A stretch of 64,000 nt of DNA from Eledone cirrhosa (lineage: Eukaryota). The notes below the pieces were generated by a model that was given only the letters and a program-made list of their open reading frames with translations, ran no database searches and was not told the DNA's origin. Below are positions 28,331 through 42,069 of this stretch, piece by piece. The position numbers were made by a program, and so were the translations under genes. The DNA is taken from contig OZ024745.1 of NCBI GenBank assembly GCA_964016885.1, positions 34,038,001 through 34,102,000 on the forward strand. The letters are read 5' to 3'. Positions within the stretch are counted from its first letter, which is position 1, and every line of letters begins with the position of its first letter.

Positions 28331-31300
28331 GTGTGTGCGTGTGTTTGTAAAGGAAATATCGTATAAACATGTAGAAGACCACTATAAGTTTCTGTTAATA
28401 TATACTGACAGGTTTACTTGAACAGAATTATTCTTTACGGAATGATTACCTGCTCGTCCTCACCATTCTACTGTACATCGCTGCTTAAATAAAACAGACA
28501 TTACCGTTGCAGTCACTGAATAAATATGCAAATGAAAGCTCTTTTGCTTTCACGTGGAGCTACTCTTAGCTATATTTAAAAAAAATATTCGTACGCATTT
28601 AATGTTATTTAACACAACAAAACTTATTTTCACAAAACACTAAATCATATGTACAGGCATAGCTGTGTGGGTAATGAGTAAGTTCAATCCCATTGCACGG
28701 CACCCTGGCTGGGTAACTGTCTTTTATTATGTCCTCGGGTTGACCAATGATTTCTTAGTGAGATTTTGCAGACGTAAACTTTAGCAGACCATCGTACATA
28801 CATACCGACATACATATACACACTTAGACATATACGCATGCACACGCACAAATATATAAGATAATCCTTCTTTTTTTTATATGATATGTGTATAGTTAGT
28901 TCATTTTTCTGTGTGTATCTTTACAATTATTAAAAACATGTAATTCTATTATTATTCTGAAGATGAGATTGCAGAATATGATCGTTCCAAATTGCATGTG
29001 CACATATCTTAATAAGGACATATGAAAAATCCCCTATGAAAATATCAAATATGAGCGCAGTCGTATGGTATTTTGACTTAACATATGGTTAAGCGTGTGT
29101 GAATGTGGACTGTATTGTGTAAAAAACACACATAGTAACTCTCTAAGTGTGATCAGAACAAGAGGTGTTAAAAAACTAGGTTCGTCAGGTTACCAAATTG
29201 TAAGTTGAAATTATTTTATTTAAGAGAATAATTTGCACAAAGTAGAACTGGCCTAGGGTGCTAAATACTCAGGCGCCAGCTCTCGATTTAGAGAAACATA
29301 ATTTAATTTAGAAATTGCTGTACATATGCAAATAATTGATATCTGGTATCGCATGCTCAAAACATCGAGTTGAATCTGAAATTTCATCTTGCATGTAACT
29401 GGTTTTGTTCTCTATGCACCATGACATAAATCGATACTGATATGAATTAATTACATTTTATTTACAAACTAAAATTTCATTGCAGCTTTCTGTAACTTCA
29501 GTTTTACATTTCAGATTTATTCTTAACATTCTGATACATAATTTCTTCTCTGGTGTGGAATGCACGAAAAAAATCTCGGGAAAGATTAACTCTATTGATA
29601 CTAACCAAACTAAAAACCACCTCTGGCTCTATGGAACAAAACCACTCAAATTAAAGGGTGGTTAAATTAAAATCTCGCAAACATTCATATAAGAAACTTT
29701 TGTTATGTTACAGATAACATCTTATTAATGACATAACATCGGCATATCTTTTCAAATTTTCCATTGTTTTATTCAAGTACCGTGTATTTTATTAGAAATA
29801 TGGCAATAAAAATGGTGGATCCTTTTTTAAAATTTAACCTGATGAGGCGTCGCTTCGTGGTTATGGTTTTGGACTCGTGGTTATGGTTTTGGACTTGTGT
29901 TTTGGGTTCAATATTGCGATGAGTTCTTAGAGAGCTCTAAATTACATATAAATCTAGTGTATATATTAGTTATTGAACGTATTTTAATAAATTTCAATGC
30001 CGGGGATTTCGAAAAATCGTTAGCCCATCGGATAAATGGTATACGGCATTTAGTGCCGGCTTTTACGTTCTGATTTCAAATTCCGTAAGGGTCAAATTTG
30101 CCTTTTATCTTTCTGGGTTTGAAAAAAAAAATGTATTCGAAAATTACAGTGTTAGCGATGATATAACCCCCCCCCCCCTTCCAAATCAATGGCATAATGC
30201 CTAAATTAGAAATCCCATTCTGAAAGTACTCGAAATATCGTTGATACCGGAAATAAAAACCGGCTTTTAATTTCAGATCCTGCACGAAAACGTCCTGCAT
30301 GAACATGACAAGAAAAGTTTCTTTGTAATTCCATCATACAGACATACCACAAATCGTATACAATAGGCTTGGCATAATTGGCTATGATAGAAATGATAAT
30401 AGTTTTAATAACGGATTTCACAATAGCGCCTGACTATAATTTGCATAATCAAGCTGAAAAGCTGAGGAATTACGCGCTATTATTGAATTAAAGACATTAC
30501 ACCATACAAGTAATATGGCCATCGCCCAGTTTATAATTAGTACAGCTCATAATACGCAACATCTCTGTGTATATATGAGAAGAACACACACAAACACAAA
30601 AAAAAAATCCACTGCCAGTTTAGCTAAAAGTACAGGCTTGAAAATATCCAGACAATAACTCTGCTAGAGCCTGCAATTATTTCTTAAACTATTCCCACAG
30701 GATCTTATTGTTATATTGTTTTACGTGTTTCAGTCATTTGACTGCTGGCAAACTGGGACACCGCCTTGAAAGGATTTAGCCAATCTTATCGAACCTAGTA
30801 ATTATTTTTAATGTCTGACCGTTACAGGACTGTTAACTCCGCCTGTTTTGGCTCATTTCTCCCCGTCTTTTTTTAAATGGGTATAGCTTTCATTATATAA
30901 AATCTCCCCATTTTGGGGCACTTTTTTCCGTGGTACTCCCCGTTTGGGACTTTAGAGGTTCGCAGGTCTGCCGCAGAGTTACAGGACATAAATAAAAAAT
31001 TGACCAGCAGCCCTTAAGGCTGTTTAGCTCTCGATCGGAATTTGGGAGGTACAACGATGGATTGTTCTTAACGACTGTTAGCCGGTGCTATAAGTAAGTA
31101 GAAGATGCTTGTGTATGTGTAACCCAGTGGGACAGAACCCAAACTATATGGTTGCGAAGGGAAGTCCTTAGCAACATAGCCATGCCTATGCATACATTGT
31201 TGCTTCGACTTTGACGAAATTTGTTAAATCTGAATATTTTGATAAAAAAAAAGATGTGTCTAATTTTATGTGGCATATGAAAAATATCTGTCATGAAACA

Positions 31301-32487
31301 AGATACATCTTACGTTAATTCTATAATATTATGGATACAAAAAGAAAAGAAAATTGAGCCGACTCTCAGATTGGTCAAAGAATACAACGTTACTATTGCT
31401 TTTCTATTTTTAATTTTCTCTGTCACTCGGAACTCGCAAAAAATAGGTGGGATTTGAACTCACTACGCAGAGAGGCGAAACAAGTACAGCATGATATTTT
31501 ATCTTACCCTCTAACAACTATGCCTGTCTGTGAAATCCATGCTAAGGGCGTGCTGAGAAAACATCTTGGCTGAATCATGTTCAATTTTTTGTTTGCCAAG
31601 AACTTCTAAGAAAATAATTATATTTTTTTTCATAGGAATTTTCAAAACCAATATCTTTCACAATTTATTAAATATAAACTTCGGTAACCTATTAAAACAT
31701 CATTCTAACCTGCAGGTATTTAAATAAATTTATATATTAATGTTTCCTTCTGAACTTTAAGAAAAACACCTGGGAGGAAACATATCAAAGAGGAAATATC
31801 TATTTCGTTCTTTTGATCTCGTATCTTAAAAAATGCCGTATTAGAAGTAGCCTGACATTCTAGTTATGGAAGAACACATGTGAGCGCAACATGGCCGGAT
31901 GTTTAAGAAGTTCACTTTGAAAATAATAAGTCCCGTGTTCGATCCTTCTGCGGGACATCTTAGTTAAGTGTCATTTACCATAGCCGTAGGTCGAACCATG
32001 CCTTGTGTATAAAACTGAGTAAACGGAAACTGTTTGGAGACCCGTTGGATGGACTGGGTCTATAATCCAAAGAGCTACCTCTGTCACCCTGAATCTTAAG
32101 GAATTAAGAGTGTACGTATCAGCCACTTGCACCTTAAATTCACGAGCAGATTGTTTTATTGATCCAATACCTGGAACAGTCAACGTCGATACCAACAGAG
32201 GTGCATTCCATTAGCAAACCAAGACAATATTAACTGTGGTTTACATACAACATACTATATTAACATAAAAGTCCCCGATATGTAATTACTACTCTACTGT
32301 TTTGTAAAAGGTCAAAATTGTTGATGGCTATTTTAGGGATATTGTGTGAGATTGCGCTAAACTTCCCAATATTGACACTAATGATATCTGGTAAATCTGG
32401 CTTTACGAAAGCCGTACTGGTGGCTATTAACGAAAAAGAGAGATGCATGGAAATTAAGATAGGATGGTGATACACCGACAGTGATGG

Positions 32488-32790
32488 TCTGAGGCTTAGT
32501 GATTAAGACATACGACTCATGAGCGTAAGGTCGTGAGTTCGATTTCAGGTGGCGTGGTCTGTCCTTAAGCAAGACAATTTATTTCAGGATACTCCAGCCC
32601 ACAGTAGGGAAAAATGAATTGTACTTGTAATTCAAAGGACCAGCCTTGTCACATGTTGTTCCGTGATGAATTTCACTGAGAATTACGTTATAAATACACG
32701 TGTCTGTAGAATGTTCAGTCATTTGCTCATTAATATCTTGGGTTACCTGTTCCATTATTGGAACAACTGGAACACTCATCGTCGAAAGCA
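32488..32790 (+). mobile_element. SINE family B with extended 3' body
   Basis: GGCTTAGTGATTAAG, GAGTTCGATTTC, CORE-like GTCCTTAAGCAAGACA. 3' body shared with 36225-36532(-) and 49545-49822. Confidence 0.7.
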
Positions 32791-35239
32791 ATGGAGGTCC
32801 ATCACATCATTCTGTAAAAGCAGGCATTTCGTTTGACTGGCAAAGAAAGATTCACTCGTCAACACACTATAGCAGTTTTCCGAGACCGTAGTGGCGGAGG
32901 AGAAATTATCACTAAACCGACAAGCTTCTTCTTTTTCACCAACGTTCCTCGTTTCGGGGTCGATAAATAAAGTCACAATCCGGTTGTTATAGATTGACAG
33001 AACTGTTAAAGAGTCGGATATGATGTTTTGTGTTATCTCTTGCTGCACTGTTCATTCTGAGCTGAAAATAAGTGACTTTTCAGAAAATGGTAGTTAGTAT
33101 CAACAATGGGAACACCAATGAAAGCATAGTTACCTAGTTCTGATTTGACGAACGGCTTCTTTGCTTTCTTTTTCCCCCTTCTGGAATATTCTATCATTGT
33201 ACATTACACAATTCTCGCTTACCAAATTAAATATTAATTAAAATCAAACTTGTATTAAATTTTATTGTGGTTATGAAAGTTATTTTCTGCAAGACCATAC
33301 ATTTAGGAGTGTGGGAAATAAGAATGCACGAGAGTCAAGATCATCATGATACATGGTATTGCTGATGGTGATGATGATAATGATGACCCTCATCTTCCTC
33401 GACGTGATCGTTGTACTGGTAGTTGTGGTCATCACCATCATCTTCTCCGACATTATAATCTTCCCTCTCCGCCACATTCTCCTCATCTCCATCTCCCAAT
33501 CATCACCATCGTCCTTCTCATTTTCCTTCTAATCTTCATCGTCACAGTTATCATAATCGATACAACTATCACTATATAATTGATTATCGGTAAAAGGATT
33601 AAAGTCATTTCTTCTATATTCACGTGACATTTGATATATCTTCGACCTACGCAGATCTATATTGTTTTGTTTGTTTACATATTAAATACTGTATAGGCGC
33701 CGAATTTCCTGAGTCGTTAGAATGTTGCATAAAATGCTTTGCGGTATCCGTTCCGGCACTTGGCTCGCTGAGTTCTAATCTCACCTAGGTCAACTTTGCT
33801 TTTCATCTATCGGTCGATAAAAAAGCACCTATCAAGTACTGGGGTCGATTCTTCTTCTATCTCTTTATCACTTCCATACTCTTACTCTCTATTCTTCTCT
33901 GGAAGAATACACGTTATTTCGTCGTCGAAAACAATGGAGGATCCATCATCATCATCATCATCTTTATATCTGAGACCACCACCGTCAGCCGTCAACATCT
34001 TTCATTGAGCCAATATTAACTTTAATATCTATTCCTTCATTTTCAAGAAAACAAGAGCCTGTAAATATAGTGAGGCCGATTCAGTTAGTTGGACCCTTTG
34101 TTGATCGAACGACCGAATGCTCATAGTCGAAACCGATGAAGTATCTATAATCATGATTACTGAATAATTCAGCTTTCCATTAGTTGGTTCCTAATAGATG
34201 AAAGGAAAAGTACACGATGGCAACAAAGTGGAGCACTATAAAAATATCCACTACTGTCCACTACACTCATACGCATAATTACTGCCACATTTAGAATTAT
34301 AGCCATAGACGAAATTGACTTCAGTCTTGAAATAGAGGAAAGTGATCAGGCGTATATATTCGTCAAACTGTATTACGTGACCTAATTGTAACTATTTCAC
34401 ACGATTTACTCGCCTAATGCCCTTCATTAATATATAAGAAATCAATATCAAGAATTATTTACCTGATGTTGTCCAATCGTGTTTCGTTTATTTCATATTT
34501 TATTGGATAAATACTCACATCCGCAAGAGCAAAAGAGAGTGAAGAGAATGAGTGAGAGAGAGAAAGGGGAAAATAGAAAGAGAAAGAGAGATCATTTATT
34601 GATGAATTTTTAATTTATAAGATTAATTTATAGCTTATTATTCGCACAGGCTGTACAACATTAAAACTATAACATTAAAGTTCAACTTTTGTATTTTAAA
34701 CACATACATAGTGAATGCAAGTGGCTTAGTGGTTAGAGTGTTCGGATCTCCATCGTAAGGTCACGAGTTCAATTCCTTTGTGTTCTTTATTTCACGTTGT
34801 TCTAGTCCATTTAGCGGGGAAAATACGTTGAAGGTCCAACACAAACGCACACACATATACACACACGCAGACACACACATGCAAACACACATACACTCAA
34901 GGTAAATGAACTTTCATGGATTTAGACAATGATTATTCAGTTATAAGATCGACGGAATAACCTGCTCGTGAAATTAATGTATAAGTGGCTGAACCTAGGA
35001 TTTTTCTTCGAATGAAAAAATGTGAATGAATAAATCAGCAAACAATATAATATAATTAGACAATATTGACCATGAGTGGTATATTGTCAGAATTAGTAGA
35101 GTGTTGGATAAAATGTCATTGCGCTATTTATTCTAGCTCTTTACATTCTGAGTTCGTATTCTGCCAATGTCAACTTTGCTCTTCCACCAATTTTCCTGGC
35201 CTACATTACAAATCAATTATATATAAATTAGAAACATGC

Positions 35240-35642
35240 ACAGTGGTCGGCTGAAAAGTTCAAAGGCTGACTAAGATACTTTCATTAAGTGATCAAACGA
35301 GGTTTATTTTTCAACATAGCCCCTTGAAAGCAATAATGCTGTTAGTAATGATTTCTACAAGACCAGTAAATTTGTGGCGTAGATAAAACCAATTATATCG
35401 ACCCCAGTTCTTTAATGGTACTTTATTTTATCGATCCCGGAAGGCAAAGTTGACTTTGGTGGGAAATGAACTCAGGACGGAAAGAACGGAACAAAAACTG
35501 TTTAACATTTGTCCGATTCTCTAACGATTCTGCCAATTCACACCCCATGCAGTTTATAATAAAAAGAATTGGAATTCATGCATGCAAGATCTCTAGCATC
35601 AGTCCTTCATAGTCAGCCTTTGAATTTTTCAGTTGAGACTCA
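35240..35642. mobile_element. Mariner-like MITE interrupted by an old family A SINE (~35340-35545, -)
   Basis: Termini GGTCGGCTGAAAAGTTCAAAGGCTGAC and GTCAGCCTTTGAATTTTTCAG. Homologous to 35850-36046 in the opposite orientation. Confidence 0.7.
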
Positions 35643-35849
35643 TATAAGCAAGTTGCATTTTATTGCATTAGTCGTTGTATTTTCATTTTTTATACAAATG
35701 GTTTGGCCCAAAACGTTTGTCACCCCCTTTCGGTAGGCCCTTCGACCTCTGGGGATTAATATATATCACTTTAGGGAAACCTGATTTAAATGAACAATTA
35801 TAGACATACATGCCAAGATAGATGGTTCCTTTACTTTGAATAGACGTGT

Positions 35850-36046
35850 CGAAGGTTAGCTGTAAAGTTCATAGGCTGACTATGAAGGAGTGATGTTAGA
35901 GCTGTGGAATTTTGTAGCATTAATTTCAACTCTTCTTATTAATAACTGTATTGTGTCTTTCCAGGGACTATGTTGAAAAATAAATCTCATTTGGTCATTC
36001 CATTAGAGTATCCTGGTCAGCCTATGAACTTTTCAGCCGACCCTTG
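35850..36046. mobile_element. Mariner/Tc1-like MITE (~200 bp)
   Basis: ~30-bp TIRs CGAAGGTTAGCTGTAAAGTTCATAGGCTGAC / GTCAGCCTATGAACTTTTCAGCCGACCCTTG, followed by TA. Confidence 0.8.
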
Positions 36047-36224
36047 TATAAAGAACTATACAAATGCATATACATTAACTTGTTCTTCAATCTTGTATTC
36101 TTCCACTCAACACACTAAACCATTGATTATACGAACAAACGATGGAGCATCAAAGTAGTCAGTAGTCATGCCAGAATTAATAGCCAAATCTCCCTTAAAT
36201 ATTCTTGTTTTTGGACCAGCGTCT

Positions 36225-36532
36225 GCTCCGACACAGAGTGGTCCAATTATTCAAACGATAGAGCAAGCTACTCATTAAATTAATGTGCAAGTGGCTGAGC
36301 GTTCCACTGACACGTGGCCCTGTAATGTAATCCTCAGGGAGATTCAACATGTGAAATAATGTGTTGAAAGGCTGGCCATTTGAAATATAGGTACGACTCT
36401 TGTTTTTTTCTTCTTAGTGGACTGGAGCAACGCGAAATAAAGTAACTTGTTCAGAGATACAACATGCCACTGGGAACAGAACTCACAACCTTACGATTGT
36501 TAGCCGTACAGCCTAACTACTAAGCCACACGC
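36225..36532 (-). mobile_element. SINE family B
   Basis: Reverse complement is homologous to 32488-32790. Confidence 0.7.
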
Positions 36533-37134
36533 TTTTTCAACGCAACGCTTTATTGTCTTTAAAAAAGGGCAGATTCAATACTACAGCTCTAGATACCCGT
36601 TTACCATAACAAAATATAGGATGGTCATAGATGGAAGGCCTTTGATAATAGCTCTGCTGGATTGAAGGAAACGTGGCGTTAGACAACAGCGACGTTCATT
36701 ACTAGCAAATATCAAAGTTCATCCTCACAAAATTCAGTCACTTGTAAGTAATATTCTAACAGACAATCACTCGGAAAAAGACATAAAAATACCAACACCA
36801 AGCTCGCTCAAACATCCATCCCTCCTTAACATTTACGAGCAATATAATGTAAAATTTATTGAAAGTCTTTGAAGTTGTACATTTGAAACGGCTTGCATAA
36901 AGAAAGGAGCTTCATCGCAAATACACACGCGCGAAAGAGCATATACACACCCACAGACACAGTATATATGTAGAGTGGAAGAGAAAAAAAAAGAGATAGA
37001 GAGAAACGGGGAAGAGAGTGAGAGAGATTGTGTAATCCGGATATCATTTATATTTATTCTGCACCTAACGTAAAATGTTGTCTACAGTTCTGCCCTGGTT
37101 TCTGGTCTTCCTGGCCGCTGAAGACTGATTGCAT

Positions 37135-37231
<97 letters not shown>

Positions 37232-37677
37232 AAACACACACACACAGACACACATACACACACATATATATATATATTATTATCATCATGTAACGTATAC
37301 ATGCTCTGCTAGTAGGGTTTAGTACATGTTGTCACAGACCATATTAGTACTCACTTGAAGCCACCGATTTCTCATTCTCCGAGGTGCCCCATTTACTCAA
37401 TCGTGATATCAGCTCTAAGGAGGCAGTCATGTATTTGACACAGATGAAGAGTCTTCTCTAATCTGTGTATGGCAAGTCATCTACGGCTGGTTGCTTTTCC
37501 TTTCAACAGTCACTTTACAGAATCTACTGCGTGCTATTCTGTGAGGTTGCCTTGCGCTTGGCACAACTGAAAAATCCTTTCAATAATTTATGATACACAC
37601 ACTATGTATGTATGTATGTATGTATGTATGTATGTATGTATGTATGTATGTATGTATGTATGTATGTATGTATGTAT

Positions 37678-38042
37678 GAAGGAAAACTCTGATATAACAC
37701 CTGCAACCCTGATGGTATCCAATGATGTTGACTTGTTCTTCTTTTTGGTAAATATCATCTTGGTTAAGAGAGTGGGACTGGCTATGTGCAGTGCCTTTGC
37801 TCACTATAAAAGCTTCACGGCACAGACATTGCTTTATATCTGGAGATCTCTCTGAACTTGTCGTCACATGGTACCATGGGCCCATCACTATGTGTCAATA
37901 ATTGTCGCAAGTGTAGTGTTTGTATCAGAGTTTTCAAGTCGCTGGCTGGACTAAAAAGTCACACTCGTTCAGCGCATCGGTAGGGGTTCTCCTACATGGA
38001 TATAAAGTAGTTACCGTACTCGAAAACGAGCTGGCAGCCACA
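37678..38042 (+). mobile_element. Bipartite RTE-derived short retroposon in (TATG)n
   Basis: Near-identical to 11513-11875. Confidence 0.85.
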
Positions 38043-38113
38043 ATGTATGTATGTATGTATGTATGTATGTATGTATGTATGTATGTATGTATGTATGTAT
38101 GTATGTATGTATG

Positions 38114-38142
<29 letters not shown>

Positions 38143-38144
<2 letters not shown>

Positions 38145-38408
38145 TTTCACAAATTTTTAGCAATAGAGAGACAGTCGGTTTCTAACATAGACACAAGACT
38201 CTCTCATTGGAATTTACACAACATCAACTAGGTAGATTATGTATGCATGTCTGCATGTGTAGATATTGATGTTATTGTATGTGTGGATGTGTATGTTTTG
38301 AGTTGTATGTGTGCATGTGTATTGCTTTGTATCTGTACATGTGTATATGCAGTTATTATATACAAAACCTTTGGAATGTTTTACATATTTTTACTGTTCC
38401 ATTAAAGG
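38143..38408 (-). mobile_element. R4/Dong-type LINE 3'-end fragment
   Basis: Homologous to 38436-38548 joined to 40483-40655, and to 63165-63430. Confidence 0.8.
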
Positions 38409-38628
38409 TATGTATGAATGTATGTATGTATGTATATTTTTCTGGTTTTATAATTTCACAAATCTTTACCAATAGAGAGAGAGTCGGTTTCTAACATAGA
38501 CACAAGACTCTCTCATTGGAATTTAAACAACATCAACTAGGTAGATTACACCGTGTAACATATTTTTTGTTCCCCGGTTCGAAGTGTCATTTCCTGGTTT
38601 GTTATATCCCATTATTATAAAAAAACAG

Positions 38629-38816
38629 GGCGGTGGATTGGCAGTATCGGTAGAGGGTCGGACGCCATGCTTTCCAGCATAGTTACGTCCCTTTACGATC
38701 TGAGTTCAAATCCCGCCGAGGTTGACTTTGCCTTTCATCCTTATGGGGTCGATCAAATAAAGTACCAGTAATGCACTGGGTAATTGCTGGCCTTGTGCCT
38801 AAAGTAGAAACAATTA
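38629..38816 (+). mobile_element. SINE family A nested in the DNA transposon
   Basis: Full body. Direct repeat ATTATTATAAAAAAACA on both sides. Confidence 0.92.
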
Positions 38817-39030
38817 TTATAAAAAAAACACTATTATTTAATCAGAAGTGTGGGTTTGTGGTCAGGAGTTTGATATTTCGAAATTTTCATATTTTTCAAG
38901 AAAAAACATATTTTAAAAATTTATCAGTTCATATAATTAAATCAACAGAGTATATATTTATTTTATTACACAAGCTTATCAAAAGCAAACAAGTAAAAAC
39001 AAATAACACTTATAAAGAAACTTATACACG

Positions 39031-40125
39031 TCAGAAATGACTGGATTTCCTGGATTTGCGGTTGTAGTCCAGGTCGCATTCCTGCACTAGCTCCCAGATA
39101 TAGTCTCCCATCATATTTTCATTGTAGTGGCCCTGGTACCTCCGCTTTATCCCTTTCACATCTTGGTGGAATCGTTCGCCTTTTTCTTCTGAGTAGGCGC
39201 CCATATTGTCCTTCAATTTTTCTAGGTGAGCGTCCAGCATATGGAGTTTAAGCGACATCCTGCATCCCATGGCGCCAAAAGCCTTTATCAGATCCTGCAA
39301 CAGTTGCTGGTAGTTTTCAGCTTTGTAGTTGCACAGGAAACCCTTAAAAACTGCATTGAAACAGTTCCATGCTGTTATCTCAAACCTATTGAGCTTATTG
39401 GAGAACTCGTTAGACTCAAACACCTTTATCTGAGGTCCAACAAAAATTCCACCTTTGATTTTGGCCTCAGATAACTTTGGGATGAACTCAAGAAGGTACT
39501 TAAAAGCGGCTGATTCTTGGTTGAGAGCCTTCACAAACTGCTTCATCAAACCCAACTTAATGTGCAGTGGCGGCATGAGCACAATCCTGGGATCAACCAG
39601 TGGCTCCCACATGACGTTCCGGGTCTCAACTGCACATTCTGTTCGTTGCTCTCAGTTCTTTCTTTTGTAGCGGTCAGAGGTGGCTCTGCTGTCCCAAAGG
39701 CAGAGGAAGCCTCCTTGGAGTCCAAGCAGGAAAGCCACCATCTTTAAGTCTCCAATGATTTCCCAATTGTGCTGGTTGTATTGCAGAGCTTCCAAGAGGA
39801 CTTTCACACTGGACTTTTACTGTAGTAGGACTTTTACTGTAGTAATCTTCCTTCAGGCAGACTGAATGAGCTAGGAGCAGTGTCGGGAACTTATTTCCAT
39901 TGTGGAGGAGGACAGCCTTCAAAATTATGGTGGAACTGTCTATAAATAGCCGCCACTCCTTGGGCACAATCGGCACCCCAATAACGTCAAACAGTCCAGG
40001 CACGTCATGGCAGAAGCAGAGGCCATCCCTAAGAGTGTAAAAGCCTGAGAAAGGTTTGTGTCGACTTCTCTGACTTGTCACCTGCACTTCCTCCATGACC
40101 AAGTTCCACTGCTTCATCCTGGAGA
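39031..40125 (-). pseudogene. Chapaev3-type transposase, C-terminal part, frameshifted
   Basis: WRLFIDSS..LKAVLLHNGNKFP, PPLHIKLGLMKQFVKAL, KIKGGIFVGPQI, MSLKLHMLDAH, GERFHQD...RYQG...MMGDYIW. Family assignment is from recalled motifs plus the CAC termini and TWA TSD. Confidence 0.85.
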
Positions 40126-41875
40126 CGAATGCTTAAAACACAACTTACCCTTTATTCAGGGTGCGAAAATCCAGTATCAATAAAACTCTTTAATCCACTT
40201 TTTAACAATTTTATACTTTATTGCACTTTTATAATTTTCTTTATTTTATAATTTTAATTTAACCTGAAACATATAAAATATCATTTAACATAAGCAAATT
40301 AAACTTACATACAACGTAAAATCCAACATACAAATAATTCTAGTGAATAGCTTAGAATTTTTATAAACCCAAACTTTTAACTGTTTAATAGCACTTTTTT
40401 TTTATTTATTTGGGACCTAAGCAACACCAAAAAGTGATTACAAGCCAGGAACAGAGAACAATTTTTTTTTTGTTACACGGTGTTATGTATGCATGCCTGC
40501 ATGCATGTGTAGATATGGATGTTATTGTATGTGTGGATGTGGATGTTTTGAGTTGCATGTGTGCATGTGTATATGCTTTCTATCTGTACACATGTATATG
40601 CAGTTATTAGATGCAACATTTTTGGAATGTTTTACATAATTTTACTGTTCCATTAATGGATTGTACTTGTAATTTCCTAACTAGTTGTGTCATTTCTGTT
40701 CCTGTGAAGCCTAGCTTCTCAAGATTTGTATTGAGGCAGTTACTAACATACCCAGTGCCCCAATAGTCACAGGCATAAATCTGCAGATTTCTCATCAGTT
40801 CTGCATAAATATTCTCCTTTTCGCTAATCTTTGATATTATATTGGCATCTGCTGTGCAGCTAATTTCCCCTACTGTGCATGCTTCCTTTTCCCTATCCTA
40901 TATCATAATATCTGGTCTGTTATGTCTGCATTTTATTGGAGTTTTTACTGGAACATTCCACCAATACTCTTTCATATGTATATGGATGTCTTCCACATTG
41001 TTGTAGCTTTTAATGTGTTTATTATCGTGGCTATCTTTTCTGATAATAATGTCTGGGGGCCTCTATCATCCAAGATTATTATTATTATTTCTTCGATTAT
41101 TATTATTATCGATAGTGTTTTCCCCAGCATTCGAGGTAGACATAGATGATACACGTGGTGTCAAATTTCTTACAGGCATAGTTATTTCAAGGCACTGTTC
41201 GACCTGGCTGCTAGAAATTCTAGTAGCATGGCGACCTGTAGCACGTGTTGTTGATTCCATGTTTGTTGTTGGGGACTTACAATTAATAATATTTATCTTA
41301 TTTTTACGTTCAACAAACGTTGCTTGTTGGCGTATTTGTTTCGCTGTGAAGTGATTTAGCTCTGGGATTATTTCGTCCCAGTGTAGCTTCATTCTGTTCA
41401 TATAGCCAATGGAGGGATTGTTTTTTGCCATTTTATAACAATTAAACAAATCATCATTAAATTCGCAACTCCAAGAGAAATGCGATTTATAATTTTAGTA
41501 TCTTCTGTAGCTACAACTGAATAAATTGTGTTTACTTTTCTCGATTTTCTTCGGTATCCCACTAATGTTGTTGTTGTTGATGTGTTCAGCCATGCTGTTT
41601 GTAGCAAATCCTTTAAAAATTAATTATGTATTTAGTCGGATATCTCTACAAATTCGAATAAAAGGTGTCTTCAGTGGATATAGTTAGAAGAATAAACAGT
41701 TATTCAACATGACTGGTAGTTGTGGCATTACTGTCGGAGATAGTATTCATCCTAAATTGAATGAAAAGTCTCCCACGCCAAAATATGCGACTGATCGCGT
41801 TGACTGTATCCGTATGTATGTATGTATGTATGTATGTATGTATGTATGTATGTATGTATGTATGTATGTATGTAT

Positions 41876-42069
41876 GTCCCACTCCCTTAACCAAGATGAT
41901 ATTTACCAAAGATGATATTTACCAATAATTGTCACAAGTGTAGTGTTTGTACCAGAGTTTTCAAGTCGCTGGCTGGACTAAAAAGTCACACTCGTTCAGC
42001 GCATCGGTAGGGGTTCTCCTACTTGGATATAAAGTAGTGGCCGTACTCGAAAACGAGTTGGCAGCCACC
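41876..42069 (+). mobile_element. Bipartite RTE-derived element, 5' truncated with inverted 5' segment
   Basis: 41876-41923 is the reverse complement of the element middle, with a short duplication. 41924-42069 is the 3' end. Confidence 0.8.

Larger units (their letters stand above)
38549..40482 (-). mobile_element. Chapaev3-type (CMC) DNA transposon, defective
   Basis: TIRs CACCGTGTAACA...TGTTACACGGTG. 3-bp TSD TTA at 38546-38548 and 40483-40485. Empty-site paralogue at about 38231-38248. Confidence 0.88.
38436..41810 (-). mobile_element. Internally deleted R4/Dong-type RLE LINE, bounded by (CATA)n and split by a DNA transposon
   Basis: - strand at 40607-41000 reads EYWWNVPVKTPIKCRHNRPDIMI.D....GEISCTAD...EKENIYAELMRNLQ...GTVKLCKTF. 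N-terminal-like segment GYMNRMKLHWDEIIPELNHFTAKQIRQQA near 41330-41420. No RT between them. Confidence 0.8.

Noticed and set aside
26581-28421. Long ORFs (up to 605 aa) of YI/HI/CV repeats, also at 7400-8300, 11767-12791, 50649-51455 and 61582-62393
   Set aside because: Translations of stop-free microsatellites. Only the start of the 605-aa ORF overlaps a real LINE remnant.
28955-29060. CTGAAGA (28957) and CTGATGA (54512) as further hammerheads
   Set aside because: No properly placed GAAA, stem III and cleavage triplet found.
41700-41810. HDV-like ribozyme at the R4 5' end
   Set aside because: One hairpin (GGAGA/TCTCC) is visible, but I could not build the nested pseudoknot by eye. Needs a motif search.
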